From assembly GCA_963735805.1 (NCBI GenBank), contig CAVTMK010000004.1, forward strand, positions 1-64,000: DNA of 64,000 bases, written 5' to 3'. A program made the position numbers and the translations under genes. Below the pieces are notes generated by a model that was not told where the DNA came from, searched no databases, and worked only from the letters and a program-made list of their open reading frames with translations. The stretch is from an uncultured Verrucomicrobiae bacterium (lineage in GTDB: Bacteria > Verrucomicrobiota > Verrucomicrobiia > Chthoniobacterales > UBA10450). Within the stretch, counting starts at the first letter, position 1, and each line of letters opens with the position of its first letter. This document shows, in pieces, positions 1 to 9,836 of this stretch.

Positions 1-39
1 TCCTAAGTCTGGCGCGTCTGCCAATTTCGCCACCCTGGC
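1..39 (-). tRNA. tRNA-Leu (anticodon TAG), 5' half only; 3' half lies beyond the window edge
   Basis: Reverse complement reads GCCAGGG TG GCGAAATTGGCAGACGC G CCAGA CT TAG GA: acceptor 5' strand, Leu-type D-arm, anticodon arm with TAG. Confidence 0.9.
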
Positions 40-148
40 AACCCGATTTCGGATTGTAAATTTTCGATGCGCGATTGCAAATGAGGCCGGGCTCGCCGCA
101 ACGATGAGCAGGCTCCCGACGACCCCGTGCTCTTACTGAACTTCTCGG

Positions 149-562
149 TCACTCCCCGAGAGGACCGAACCCATCGAATTCCTGAATGAGAACGCGATGT
201 GGACCATGCGTTACATCCACAAAAGAGGGACTGGTCGTCAGTCCATACGCCACAACGGATTGTTTATAGACGTTGTACTGCGTTTGATTGCCAACCAGGA
301 TTCTATCTTTGGTCGCGGTTGGATATACGTAGTACAATTTCCCTCCGTATCCGACGGTTGAAACCTGGCCGGGTGGCAGCGCGCTGACGCGTTGCTGCTG
401 TTTGGGCGTGCTCACAGTTTTTGTTTTGAATCCGGCTCGCACCAGCAGGTTTTCCTTTTGTGATGTTGCGCTGGAGTCGACGGAAGTACTCTGGCATCCC
501 CACGTCAAGCCCAGCGATAAGATCACGGCAAAAATATTCGTAAATAGAAGCGTCTTTTTCAT
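149..562 (-). CDS. Hypothetical lipoprotein
   Basis: 137-aa ORF with basic N-terminus, hydrophobic stretch and lipobox-like TWGC. Confidence 0.7.
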   Translation of the reverse strand: MKKTLLFTNIFAVILSLGLTWGCQSTSVDSSATSQKENLLVRAGFKTKTVSTPKQQQRVSALPPGQVSTVGYGGKLYYVYPTATKDRILVGNQTQYNVYKQSVVAYGLTTSPSFVDVTHGPHRVLIQEFDGFGPLGE

Positions 563-676
563 CTTTTCTCATTCCTCCGTTGATTGCGCTTTTGCCGTCT
601 TATTTGTTGGACGTCAAAACAAATTTGAAAAGCGGGGCTTCCCCAAGGTAATTCCCGCGAGAATTGATAATCCCAC

Positions 677-1300
677 CTATGACGATACGCGAGTTGGCGT
701 CGGCTCGTTTGAGGCAGGCGACACGACCGGCGTAGAAGGTTTCGCTGCGGCAGGCGCTGCTGCTTTCTTTTTTGCAGCAGCTTCTGCTGCAGCGGCCAGT
801 TTCGCATCGACTTCGGCAGCGTCGGTTGGGGAGATTCGACGATAGTAATCGTTAGACTTCGCAAGATCGTCCTTGCGCATCAACAACGCATCGAAACGTT
901 CCCGCGTGCTGAGCTCGAAGTCCTTGTCCATCTTGATCGCCTCAAACGGGCAAACTTCGACACAAATCTGGCAACTCATGCAAACCGAGATATCGATGTC
1001 GAAGATCTTCGGGTAAAACTGTGGTTTACCCATGTAGTCGGGCTTCTTGTCGTCGCTTTTGACGATATAAATGCATTGCGGTGGACATTCCTTCTCGCAA
1101 ATCTTGCATGCTACGCAGCGCAAACCGGCGTGCGGATCTTCGCCGTCATAAAGAAGAAACGGAAAATTCCGATAATTCTCCGGCAACGGAGTGCGCTCCT
1201 CGGGGTACTGGACTGTGATCAGCCGCTCCTTGTCGAAATAACTTCCGACAAAGTTCCGCGCGGTAACTGCCATTCCTTTGAGTATGCCCGTGCCGATCAT
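677..1300 (-). CDS. nuoI: NADH-quinone oxidoreductase subunit I (2x[4Fe-4S])
   Basis: TVQYPEE and two CxxCxxCxxxCP motifs; Ala/Pro-rich tail. Confidence 0.92.
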   Translation of the reverse strand: MIGTGILKGMAVTARNFVGSYFDKERLITVQYPEERTPLPENYRNFPFLLYDGEDPHAGLRCVACKICEKECPPQCIYIVKSDDKKPDYMGKPQFYPKIFDIDISVCMSCQICVEVCPFEAIKMDKDFELSTRERFDALLMRKDDLAKSNDYYRRISPTDAAEVDAKLAAAAEAAAKKKAAAPAAAKPSTPVVSPASNEPTPTRVSS

Positions 1301-1333
1301 TGGATTCGTTAAAGCGTTAAAGCGGATTCTGCA

Positions 1334-2500
1334 TCACCGATCGACCTCTCCCATGACAATATCGATGCTGCCGAGAATTACCATCACATCGGCAACGGTA
1401 TGGCCAAGGCACATATCTTCCAGAATCGTAAGATTGATGAAACTCGGCGGACGCACCCGATATCGATACGGGTTCGGTCCGCCGTCACTAATCAAATAGA
1501 AACCAAGTTCGCCTTTGGGCGCTTCAATGCGCCCATACGCTTCGCCAACCGGCGGGCGAAAGGCGCGGATTTTCACCTTCGAATTGACGATCGGGCCAGC
1601 GGGAAGCTGTTCGAATGCCTGCTTCAAAATTCCGACGCTCTCGTGCATTTCCAACACGCGCATCATTAGTCGATCGTAAGAGTCGCCGTGTTCGCCTAAC
1701 GGAATCCGAAATTTGAAGCGTGGATAGAATCCGTAGCCGTCCACTTTTCGGAGGTCATAATTCACACCACAGGCGCGAAGCATCGGGCCGGTGATACCCG
1801 CACTGATCGCGAGCCGCGGCGAGACTTTTCCGACGTTCTGCGTCCGGGCGATTACAACTTCATTGCCGACGATCAATTGTTCCAGCTCCTCAACGAAGCG
1901 CGGGAAACGGTCGACAATTTTCCTCGCATACGCGAGCCATTCGGGACTCGCATCGACCCGGCACCCGCCAAAGCGCATGTAATCGCACATCATGCGCGAA
2001 CCTGACAGCGATTCGAAAAGGTCGAGAATTTTTTCACGCTCGCGGAACGCGTACATGAGCGGGGTCCCCCAGGCGCCCATGTCGTTAAGCAAAAACCCCA
2101 GCAGCGACGCGTGATTCTGGAGCCGAGTCAGCTCTGCAAGAATAACGCGAAGATATTCGGCGCGCTCGGGAACCTCGATCCCCGCCAGTTTTTCCACGCT
2201 GAGCGCATACGCCCAGTTATTGGTCATTGAGCAAAAATAATCGAGCCGATCCGTGTACGGCATTGAGCCCAGATAGGTGGCGTTCTCGCCAATTTTTTCG
2301 TGGTTGCGATGCAGATATCCGAATACCGGCTTGAGCTTGCGTACGATCTCGCCCTCGAGTGCAACGTTCATCCGGAAAACGCCGTGCGTGGAGGGATGTT
2401 GCGGTCCCATCGAAACTTCGAGTAACTCGCCCTCAAGTCGCGAGCCCATACTGACGGGCGGTCGCTCCATTGCTTCGAGTGTTTCTACGATTGCGCTCAT
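1334..2500 (-). CDS. nuoD: NADH-quinone oxidoreductase subunit D
   Basis: [31 protein letters not shown]-terminal DIVMGEVDR. Confidence 0.96.
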   Translation of the reverse strand: MSAIVETLEAMERPPVSMGSRLEGELLEVSMGPQHPSTHGVFRMNVALEGEIVRKLKPVFGYLHRNHEKIGENATYLGSMPYTDRLDYFCSMTNNWAYALSVEKLAGIEVPERAEYLRVILAELTRLQNHASLLGFLLNDMGAWGTPLMYAFREREKILDLFESLSGSRMMCDYMRFGGCRVDASPEWLAYARKIVDRFPRFVEELEQLIVGNEVVIARTQNVGKVSPRLAISAGITGPMLRACGVNYDLRKVDGYGFYPRFKFRIPLGEHGDSYDRLMMRVLEMHESVGILKQAFEQLPAGPIVNSKVKIRAFRPPVGEAYGRIEAPKGELGFYLISDGGPNPYRYRVRPPSFINLTILEDMCLGHTVADVMVILGSIDIVMGEVDR

Positions 2501-3171
2501 GTCGGCTCTGATCCTTCGACGATGCCTTCGGCTCCATCGCTTTGTGGTCGGGACGGATAATAATGTTTGGCTTTCTCCAGCACGTCGTCATGCGGTGTCG
2601 GTTCGTATTCGTAATCGTCCGGTTCCCGATAATCCTTGCGCATCGGATAATCCTCGAATTCGTCCCACATCAGGATCCGACGGAGGTCGGGATGGCCGTC
2701 GAACTTGACGCCGTAAAGATCAAAAATTTCGCGTTCCTGAAACTCCGCGCTTCGCCAGATCGGCGTGAGTGAAGGCAGACAAACATTCTCTACACGGTTT
2801 GGCGTCCGCATCCGAATGATCACCGGCCCATGTTTGTGGATCATCGAGTAAAGGTGGTAAACGGTTTCGAGGTAGCCGGGAATTTTTTCCTCAGTCGTTT
2901 CGTTAACTTCCTTTTCCTCTCCATCGATGACTTTTTTCACCTTCACTGTTTTCTTGATCGTCCGGTCTGGCCAATCGACGCCAGTGACATTGGAACAAAA
3001 ATCCAGACTCAAGGTCTGGTCGTCGCGCAACCACTCCGCCACATCGCGCGCGTTTTCGTTATCTATCTTGAGGGAATGCTGCTGTGATGGGTTCGGATTC
3101 CGCACGATCTCGACCTTCGCCTCGGGTATGGCGGCTTCGATCCGCGCTTTGATCTGCTCCAGGGACTCCAT
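2497..3171 (-). CDS. nuoC: NADH-quinone oxidoreductase subunit C
   Basis: [33 protein letters not shown]; overlaps nuoD start. Confidence 0.95.
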   Translation of the reverse strand: MESLEQIKARIEAAIPEAKVEIVRNPNPSQQHSLKIDNENARDVAEWLRDDQTLSLDFCSNVTGVDWPDRTIKKTVKVKKVIDGEEKEVNETTEEKIPGYLETVYHLYSMIHKHGPVIIRMRTPNRVENVCLPSLTPIWRSAEFQEREIFDLYGVKFDGHPDLRRILMWDEFEDYPMRKDYREPDDYEYEPTPHDDVLEKAKHYYPSRPQSDGAEGIVEGSEPT

Positions 3172-3174
3172 TCG

Positions 3175-3798
3175 TCAGGAGCGTTCGATCGCCGGGGGAT
3201 GAAACACGGTTCGATTCGCCGGGGGCTCGAGATCGTGCTTCCCGAATGCGGGCACGGGGAATTCGCTTGGTTGCTCTGAATCCAGATGAGCCGCCTTATC
3301 CGCACCGCTCAACTTCTGCTCGTCGATCTTGCGCTGCAATTCCATGAAGGCGTGCAAGAGCGCTTCCGGACGTGGCGGACAACCGGGGATATAAACGTCG
3401 ACCGGAATATAACGATCGATTCCCTTCAGGACGTTGTAGCCTTGCTTGAACGGACCGCCGGAAATGGCGCACGCGCCCATCGCGATCACGTATTTTGGAT
3501 CGGCCATTTGATTGTAAAGACGCACAATCTGCGGCGCCATTTTTTTGGTCACGGTTCCTGCGACGATCATCAGGTCGGCCTGGCGCGGGGATGGCCGAAA
3601 AACTTCGCCGCCGAACCGAGCGATGTCATAGCGCGACGCGGCGGTCGCGATCATTTCGATGGCGCAACAAGCAAGACCGAACTGGAGAGGCCAGATCGAA
3701 TTCTTTCGTCCCCAGTTATAAAGCTCTTGGACAGAACTAACCCAGACCCCTTGCCTTTGCAGTTCCCCTCGCAAGCCTTCGTCGATTTCTTCACTCAT
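3175..3798 (-). CDS. nuoB: NADH-quinone oxidoreductase subunit B
   Basis: [36 protein letters not shown]. Confidence 0.96.
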   Translation of the reverse strand: MSEEIDEGLRGELQRQGVWVSSVQELYNWGRKNSIWPLQFGLACCAIEMIATAASRYDIARFGGEVFRPSPRQADLMIVAGTVTKKMAPQIVRLYNQMADPKYVIAMGACAISGGPFKQGYNVLKGIDRYIPVDVYIPGCPPRPEALLHAFMELQRKIDEQKLSGADKAAHLDSEQPSEFPVPAFGKHDLEPPANRTVFHPPAIERS

Positions 3799-3831
3799 TG
3801 CTGCGCTCTAACGCGTCGTCGCCCAAACCCT

Positions 3832-4206
3832 TCAACCTTCCCATTGCAAACATCCCTTACTCCAAGCCCAAACGAGCCCCTCGAGCAGGAGCAACAGGAA
3901 AACCAGTATCGCGATGAACGCACCGACAGGCAAACCGGTGAAAGCCACCGCAAATGGGACGAGAAAGATCGCTTCCACGTCAAATATAAGAAACATGATC
4001 GCGTACAAATAATACTGCGACCTGAACTGGATTTGTGCTTCACCAAGCGATTCGACACCGCATTCGTAGATCGCGTTTTTCTGCGGCCCTGGTTTCGGCG
4101 GTTGAAAGATTCGCCGCCATAGCCACGCGAGGGCGAGCGGAACCAATGGAAAAACCAATGCTACGCCAATAAAAATGACGATGAAGAGATAGGGATTCGC
4201 CCTCAT
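3832..4206 (-). CDS. nuoA: NADH-quinone oxidoreductase subunit A
   Basis: YECG, FLIFDVE, three TM segments. Confidence 0.95.
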   Translation of the reverse strand: MRANPYLFIVIFIGVALVFPLVPLALAWLWRRIFQPPKPGPQKNAIYECGVESLGEAQIQFRSQYYLYAIMFLIFDVEAIFLVPFAVAFTGLPVGAFIAILVFLLLLLEGLVWAWSKGCLQWEG

Positions 4207-4313
4207 CAGTTGTCGTCAAACTCGCTCGGAAAGCGTGGCTGCCAAGCTTATTTTCAACACTCAGAAGGGTCGGCAAATAAATTTTGCAGTTTCGCCGAGG
4301 CTGGAAAATTTGC

Positions 4314-4348
4314 GAAGTCTTCCCCCCTCTGCGCAGACTCGGGATGAC
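4314..4348. repeat. Solo arm of the GTCATCCYGAGC...GCTCRGGATGAC palindromic repeat family
   Basis: gaagtcttcccccctctgcgcagactcgggatgac resembles the right arm of the element at 44592-44675. Confidence 0.6.
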
Positions 4349-4386
4349 CGAGTTGCGCTCCGCCCCTGGGCAATCGGAACCGGAAC

Positions 4387-4956
4387 TTACTCCTGTTCGC
4401 TCGATTTTCGGCCGAACCAGCGTCTTTTCTTCGGTTTCGATTCTTCCGCTGGCGCAGGCACTTCGGCGGGTTTCTCTTCCTTCGCAGTCGGCTCCTCTTC
4501 CTTCAACGTCACAGCTTCCGGCTCTGTCTTCTTTGGCTTGGGCTCAGCTTCTTTCCGCTTCGCCTTTTTCTCTTCTGCCGGCTTTTCCTCGACCACCTCT
4601 GCCATATCAACCCATTCGATGAATGCCATCGGAGCGGAATCACTCTTACGCTGACCAAGCTTCACGATGCGAGTGTAACCGCCGTTACGCTCCGCTGATC
4701 TCGGCGCAATGTCGTCGAACAATTTCTTCACCGCTGTCTTTTGGCGTAGCGTCGCCAGGGCGGTGCGACGCGCATGAATCGATCCGTTTTTGCCGAGCGT
4801 GACCATCCGTTCCGCGAGAGGACGAACTGCTTTGGCCTTGGCCAGCGTGGTCTTGATGCGCTGATGCTCGATCAAAGAGCAGACCTGATTAGCCAGCAGC
4901 GCTTTGCGATGCTCGGCTGTGCGACCCAGTTTGATAGTCTTTTTTTGGTGTCTCAT
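4387..4956 (-). CDS. rplQ: 50S ribosomal protein L17 with a charged C-terminal extension
   Basis: [38 protein letters not shown]; start set at ATG 4956. Confidence 0.96.
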   Translation of the reverse strand: MRHQKKTIKLGRTAEHRKALLANQVCSLIEHQRIKTTLAKAKAVRPLAERMVTLGKNGSIHARRTALATLRQKTAVKKLFDDIAPRSAERNGGYTRIVKLGQRKSDSAPMAFIEWVDMAEVVEEKPAEEKKAKRKEAEPKPKKTEPEAVTLKEEEPTAKEEKPAEVPAPAEESKPKKRRWFGRKSSEQE

Positions 4957-4987
4957 GGCGCAACGAATTTGATTCCAGAGCCGGCGA

Positions 4988-6033
4988 CTATTCCTCGCCA
5001 GCGGCTCCGCTCGGGACGGCGCCATCGCCACTCACCGGAACGTCCAGAAGACCAGGTTCGAATTTCATCCCCAGACTCAAACCGAGCTGTTGTAGTTTGT
5101 CCTTAATTTCGTTCAACGATTTCTTCCCGAAATTACGATACTTCAGCATTTCGGCTTCCGTCTTTTGTGCAAGCTGACCGACGCTTGTGATGTTCGCATT
5201 GTTCAAGCAATTGGCTGCGCGCACGCTGAGCTCGATTTCGTTCACGCTCATGTTGAGCAGTTTCTTAAGCTTCAGATTCTCTTCGCTCACACCAGCAGGC
5301 GTCTGGTCAAACTCGATCACCTCTTCGTTGAAGTTCACGAACACGTCGAGGTGATGCCGCAAAATGGCTGAGGCCTGGAGCAATGCATCATCCGGCGTCA
5401 AGCGACCGTCGGTCCAAATTTCGAGAATGAGCTTGTCGTAATCGGTGCGTTGACCGACACGAGTGTTTTCGACCGCATACTTGACGCGAGTGACCGGTGA
5501 AAAAATCGAATCGATCGGAATCAGACCAATCGGCTGATCAGGATGCTTGTTTTCCTCGCGCGGTAGCAAAACCGCGGCCGACACGCACATCAAGCTCAGC
5601 GTCAAATTTGTGCTTCTTGTCGAGAGTGCAAATGATCTGCTTCGGATTGAGCACTTCGTAACCCTGCACCACCTGAATGTCGCCGGCTGTCACTTCGCCT
5701 TCCTTATTTATAATGAGCGAAAGTTTTTTGGGCTCGTGATCATGACCGTCCAGCTTTGAATTTCACCTTCTTGAGATTGAGGACAATGTCGGTCACGTCC
5801 TCCACCACGCTTGGTAGCGTGGCGAACTCGTGTTGTGCGCCTGTGATTTTGACTGCGGTGATGGCCGCGCCTTCCAGAGAGGAAAGCAGGACGCGCCGGA
5901 GGGAATTCCCTACGGTGTGACCGTAGCCGGCCTCAAACGGCTCGGCGATAAATTTGGCGTATGTATCTGTGGCTGTGCTCTCATCTTTAGTGAGAGTCTT
6001 CGGCATTTCAAAACGACCGTAACGGATTGGCAT
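4988..6033 (-). CDS. rpoA: RNA polymerase alpha subunit; read across two apparent frameshifts (~5755 and ~5560), probably sequencing errors
   Basis: N-part [22 protein letters not shown]; bridging frame [22 protein letters not shown]...RVGRGF; C-part [32 protein letters not shown]. Confidence 0.93.
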
Positions 6034-6122
6034 AGGTTCTAAGGATGAAGGAAGAATTGTGAATGAGAAATGAGTAAGGCCTCGCGGCCTTTCGTCCTTC
6101 TACGCTTCTACTTCTTCCTTTC

Positions 6123-6183
6123 GGATCACCGGGTTCCCCCTGGCGAGTGCGGCCTCACGTCCAGCGACGGAAACCCAGGGACC
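6123..6183 (-). promoter_or_regulatory. Long GC-rich stem-loop in the rpoA leader
   Basis: Minus strand GGTCCCTGGGTTTCC...CTGG...GTG-AGGCCG-CAC...CCAG...GGAACCCGGTGATCC pairs end to end. Confidence 0.5.
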
Positions 6184-6256
6184 AACGGCGTAATTACAAA
6201 ACTCGCTGCGGAGGTTGGAATAAAGGCGAAATCCGCGATTTTGCAAACACTCGTTT

Positions 6257-6309
6257 GGGTAGGGCGTCGCGCGGCGTCGTCCGGTCGGTACAGCGCGCCG
6301 ACCCTATCC
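6257..6309. repeat. GTAG-type REP-like inverted doublet overlapping the TPM gene stop codon
   Basis: Arms GGGTAGGGCGTCGCGCGG and reverse complement GGATAGGGTCGGCGCGCTG. Confidence 0.65.
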
Positions 6310-6741
6310 TTCCACGATTTCGTCCGGCAACTCGTTTGGATTTGCCGACGTTCTGGGAAAATGCGTGGCTAGCACCTTACCAACTTCATGAATCGCTTCG
6401 GCCAGTGCATGGCTAAACTTTTCATTCTGAAAATGGATGCGCATTCCATCCACAATACTGTGCCAGAACTGCTCGCCGCATTTTTTGTGAATCGCCTCAT
6501 CGCCGACGACAGCGAATTTGTGCGCTCGCGGCGCTACGAAAATCAGCACCGCATTGCGCTCGCGAGTCTTATACATCCCAAGTCGTTGAAATTTTTTCTG
6601 CGCCACGGCCACCGGGTCAGCATCAGATTTGCCGCGCTGAATAAAGACGCGAATCTCGCCGGAAGTTTTCGATTCCGCGTCACGAATCGCTTCGATGATC
6701 CGGTCATGATCTAGCTTGCTGAGAAATTCTTTCGTTCGCAT
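6304..6741 (-). CDS. TPM-domain protein (short type)
   Basis: AESKTSGEIRV, TRERNAVLIFVA, NPNELPDEI; third gene of a lemA-TPM-TPM operon. Confidence 0.88.
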   Translation of the reverse strand: MRTKEFLSKLDHDRIIEAIRDAESKTSGEIRVFIQRGKSDADPVAVAQKKFQRLGMYKTRERNAVLIFVAPRAHKFAVVGDEAIHKKCGEQFWHSIVDGMRIHFQNEKFSHALAEAIHEVGKVLATHFPRTSANPNELPDEIVEG

Positions 6742-6744
6742 CCG

Positions 6745-7605
6745 TTACCAACTCGATCCAGCGCCGCCACCGCCAAAACTCCCACCCCCGCCGCCGAAGC
6801 CGCTGAACCCGCCGCCACCATTGCCCGATGAACCGCCTCCACCACCCCCTACGGGAAAAAAAACAGGGCCTCCCCGGCCGGATGAATAACCATAACCGCC
6901 AAGTCGGCGCATGATTCTCGAAATTACAAATAGGGCAATGATAAAAATGATGAAGAACAAGAAGCTTGGGGCGCCACCACCACGATGTCCTTCCGCAACA
7001 GTCTTTCCCGATCCCTTGTACTCGCCGCGAATCGCCTTAAAGATCGAATCGATTCCGATCGCGATCCCGCCTTCGTAATCGCCGCTGCGAAAATGCGGCT
7101 TGATTTTGTATTCGGTGATGTCGAACGCTGTTGCGTCGGGCAGCGCTCCTTCCAAGCCGTATCCAACTTGGATAAACATCTTTCGGTCCTGAATGAACAC
7201 GAAGAGGACAACCCCATTGCGACGCTCCTTCTGACCAACGCCCCATGCCTGAGCGACCCGTTGAGTGTAATCTGCGATGTCTGACTCACTCTGCATTTTC
7301 GGGAAAATTGCCACTACGACCTGGTCCGACGTTTCGCGCTCAAACTGCGCGAGCTGTTCGTTAAAGCGATAGGCAGCTTCTTTCGAGACAATGGCGGCGT
7401 AATCGTTGAAGTAGCGGTCGGGTTTCGGCGGAATGACTTCTGCGCCGCGGGACTCTATAGCAAGCGAAGCAAGTAACGCTGCGATCAACAGAGCGACCTG
7501 TTTGGTACGCAGTTGCCGTGGCAGCCGTGTCGACTGCTGGATCGCGGATGACCCGCCTTTCGCCCCGGCACGCCCGCCCGCCGCTACCGCAAGATTGAGA
7601 ATCAC
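6745..7605 (-). CDS. TPM-domain protein (YgcG-like) with TM helix and Gly-rich tail; start uncertain
   Basis: WGVGQKERRNGVVL, IQVGYGLEGALPD, GGGGSFGGGGAGSSW. Confidence 0.88.
   Translation of the reverse strand: MILNLAVAAGGRAGAKGGSSAIQQSTRLPRQLRTKQVALLIAALLASLAIESRGAEVIPPKPDRYFNDYAAIVSKEAAYRFNEQLAQFERETSDQVVVAIFPKMQSESDIADYTQRVAQAWGVGQKERRNGVVLFVFIQDRKMFIQVGYGLEGALPDATAFDITEYKIKPHFRSGDYEGGIAIGIDSIFKAIRGEYKGSGKTVAEGHRGGGAPSFLFFIIFIIALFVISRIMRRLGGYGYSSGRGGPVFFPVGGGGGGSSGNGGGGFSGFGGGGGSFGGGGAGSSW
7518..7587. repeat. REP-like doublet in the 5' end of the TPM gene
   Basis: GTGGCAGCCGTGTCGACTGC at 7518-7537; opposite arm reads GTAGCGGCGGGCGGGCGTGCCGG on the minus strand. Confidence 0.55.
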
Positions 7606-7606
7606 C

Positions 7607-8293
7607 TTATGGCGACGCAGCAGTCGCTGGCGTCGGCGCGAGGACCTGATTCAAATTCGCGGCCGGCGTTGGCGCGGGACCAAAATTAAATTGCACAGGG
7701 GGCGGTTTCTCCGCGCCTGCTTGCGCTGTGAAAAATGGTCGCGGCGGAAAACCGAGCATTCCAGCAATCAGGTTTGTCGGAAAACTGCGCACCGCCACGT
7801 TGTAGTTTTGCACAGCATTGTTGAAGTTCCCTCGCTCAACGGAGATCCGGTTCTCAGTGCCTTCAAGCTGCGCCTGCAAACTGAGAAAATTCTGGTTGGC
7901 CTTCAATTCCGGATACCGCTCCACTACCACCAACAGGCGCGACAACGCGTTGCTCAACTGTCCTTGTGCAGCCTGGAATTGTTCGAGCTGCGCTGCGTCG
8001 GTAGGCGCTTTGCTAGGATCAAGTTGCACGCGGCCAACGCTGGCACGCGCATTCGTTACTTCGGTAAGGGTTGATTTTTCGAAATTCGCCGCGCCTGAAA
8101 CTGTGTTCACCAGATTGGGAATCAAATCCGCGCGGCGCTGATAGACATTTTGTACCTGCGCCCAGCTCTGATCGACGGTTTGCTGCAAACGGACGAGACG
8201 ATTGTAACTACCGCCCAACGCAAGGGCCGCAATAACGACAATAAAAAGCAGAATTGCGAGTACCACCCCACAACCCATTGTGAATTTGCTCAT
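7607..8293 (-). CDS. lemA: LemA family protein
   Basis: N-terminal TM, QRRADLIPNLV, ERYPELKAN, LEGTENRISVER. Confidence 0.93.
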   Translation of the reverse strand: MSKFTMGCGVVLAILLFIVVIAALALGGSYNRLVRLQQTVDQSWAQVQNVYQRRADLIPNLVNTVSGAANFEKSTLTEVTNARASVGRVQLDPSKAPTDAAQLEQFQAAQGQLSNALSRLLVVVERYPELKANQNFLSLQAQLEGTENRISVERGNFNNAVQNYNVAVRSFPTNLIAGMLGFPPRPFFTAQAGAEKPPPVQFNFGPAPTPAANLNQVLAPTPATAASP

Positions 8294-8317
8294 AGGGATA
8301 TAGACGATTGTTAGCGA

Positions 8318-8707
8318 TTATTTCTTTAAGACTGGAGTTACTTGTGAAGCGACCACCTTCCATGCGCCATCTTGTTTTATAAATGTATCCGTCCACACGA
8401 ATTTCCCACCAAGAAGATTTTGTTTTCCTTCGTGCGCTTTGATTGTGCCCTGGCCTACGACGATTCCGGTGTCTCCATACAAACGGAGCTGTAGATCGTC
8501 GATTTTAAATTCGGGGAAGGCGATGTCGCCGGTCATGCTTTCCAAGTCTTCCACCTTGTTCACGATGCTCCCGTCAGGCCAGACCACCGTGCAATCTGGT
8601 GCCTCAAGCCGCCGGGTGAATGAGCTGTCACCTTTCATGCGTGCGTCAGCCCAGTCATGCTGGATCTTGATGAGCGCCTGCTCGTCCTCAGAGTTTTCTT
8701 TCATCAA
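8318..8707 (-). CDS. Nuclear transport factor 2-like (DUF4440-type) protein
   Basis: 129 aa; RLYGDTGIVVG...WTDTFIKQDGAWKVVASQVT pattern. Confidence 0.8.
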   Translation of the reverse strand: MMKENSEDEQALIKIQHDWADARMKGDSSFTRRLEAPDCTVVWPDGSIVNKVEDLESMTGDIAFPEFKIDDLQLRLYGDTGIVVGQGTIKAHEGKQNLLGGKFVWTDTFIKQDGAWKVVASQVTPVLKK

Positions 8708-8756
8708 CGTCAGATCGTTTGCCAGACAGACAAGTAAGTCAATCCTGCGTACAGAT

Positions 8757-9806
8757 TTACTGAATACGGCCCAGCACGAGACGCAGGAAGTGTGCGTCGG
8801 AGAATCTTGCGTTTGATCCTTGTCTCACAATGATCGCATTCAGTGAAGGAATAACGAACAAGCGCTGATAGCCCGAGCCAAGTGCCACGACCATGTCTGC
8901 GGGCGCTTCCTTACAAATGCAAACATTGTTCCATTGCGCACTTTGCCATGGCAAATCCAGCATCCGTTCCAAGTCTGCCTCGCGACGACCGGGCGCCTGC
9001 TCATTCAACCAAAACGTGAGGCCATACGACGGGTTCGCTTGCGAACCTGCAAACGCGTCTCGCAACAGAGCTGCCGGAACAATTTGTCGCCCGTGATAAG
9101 TACCTTGTCCGAGCACCAGTTCGCCCAGGCACGCCCATTCCCGCGCCGTCAATTCAAATCCCGTTGCGGGCAACGGGTTACCTCTGGCATCTTTTTTGTA
9201 GTTAAGCCGACCCAATCCGAGGCGATTGGACACGCGTGTTTCGAAATAGGCGATCGTGCTGCGCCCCTTTAGCTTTCGACGCAACAGCTCGCAAAAAATC
9301 TGCAGATGACTCGGGCCATAAATAAAAGCCGAACCGGGTGCGACAATCGCCGGTAATTGAATCGCCATTGCATTTCGGTCGCTCATCGACGGGCGCTGAA
9401 GACGCGAGGCGGCTTCCATACCGTCAGTCTGGCTGAGCAACTGACGAATGGTGATCTGCGATTTGCGCGGGTCGCTCTTCCATTCAGTGATTGTATCCGA
9501 AACAGGATCGTCGAGTTTGAACAGTCCATCCCGCACCGCAGCAAGCGCCGCGATTCCCCAAAAGCTCTTTGTGCCACTAAAGATTGGCCATCGTCCACGC
9601 GCCGAACCGCCATTGGCATAATGCTCAAAAATCGTCCGGTTGTTCTGGATCACCAGCGTTGAAACGCCGCGTTTGCTCTCGGAATATTTTGCTGCGCGCG
9701 CACAATCAGCGGGCTGGATCTCAGCCCCCCGTGACGCCGGTGTTGCAAGTACAAGAAGCAAAAGGCCGCTTCGCTGTGCGAAGTGTAACCATGAAGGGCC
9801 ATTCAC
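8757..9806 (-). CDS. Secreted serine hydrolase, beta-lactamase/AmpC family
   Basis: Signal peptide, SGTK (SxxK), ITIRQLLSQTDG, PGSAFIYG, ALGSGYQ. Confidence 0.85.
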   Translation of the reverse strand: MNGPSWLHFAQRSGLLLLVLATPASRGAEIQPADCARAAKYSESKRGVSTLVIQNNRTIFEHYANGGSARGRWPIFSGTKSFWGIAALAAVRDGLFKLDDPVSDTITEWKSDPRKSQITIRQLLSQTDGMEAASRLQRPSMSDRNAMAIQLPAIVAPGSAFIYGPSHLQIFCELLRRKLKGRSTIAYFETRVSNRLGLGRLNYKKDARGNPLPATGFELTAREWACLGELVLGQGTYHGRQIVPAALLRDAFAGSQANPSYGLTFWLNEQAPGRREADLERMLDLPWQSAQWNNVCICKEAPADMVVALGSGYQRLFVIPSLNAIIVRQGSNARFSDAHFLRLVLGRIQ

Positions 9807-9836
9807 GCGTAAATCGCGTTGCCGAGAGGCAAACGC

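Noticed and set aside
5550..5765. rpoA split into pieces: pseudogene or programmed frameshifting
   Set aside because: rpoA is essential, all parts are well conserved, and single extra bases explain both breaks. Similar indels occur elsewhere in the window, so sequencing error is far more likely.
6123..6183. SRP RNA or a known riboswitch
   Set aside because: No SRP domain IV signature or recognisable aptamer consensus; kept only as an unassigned leader hairpin
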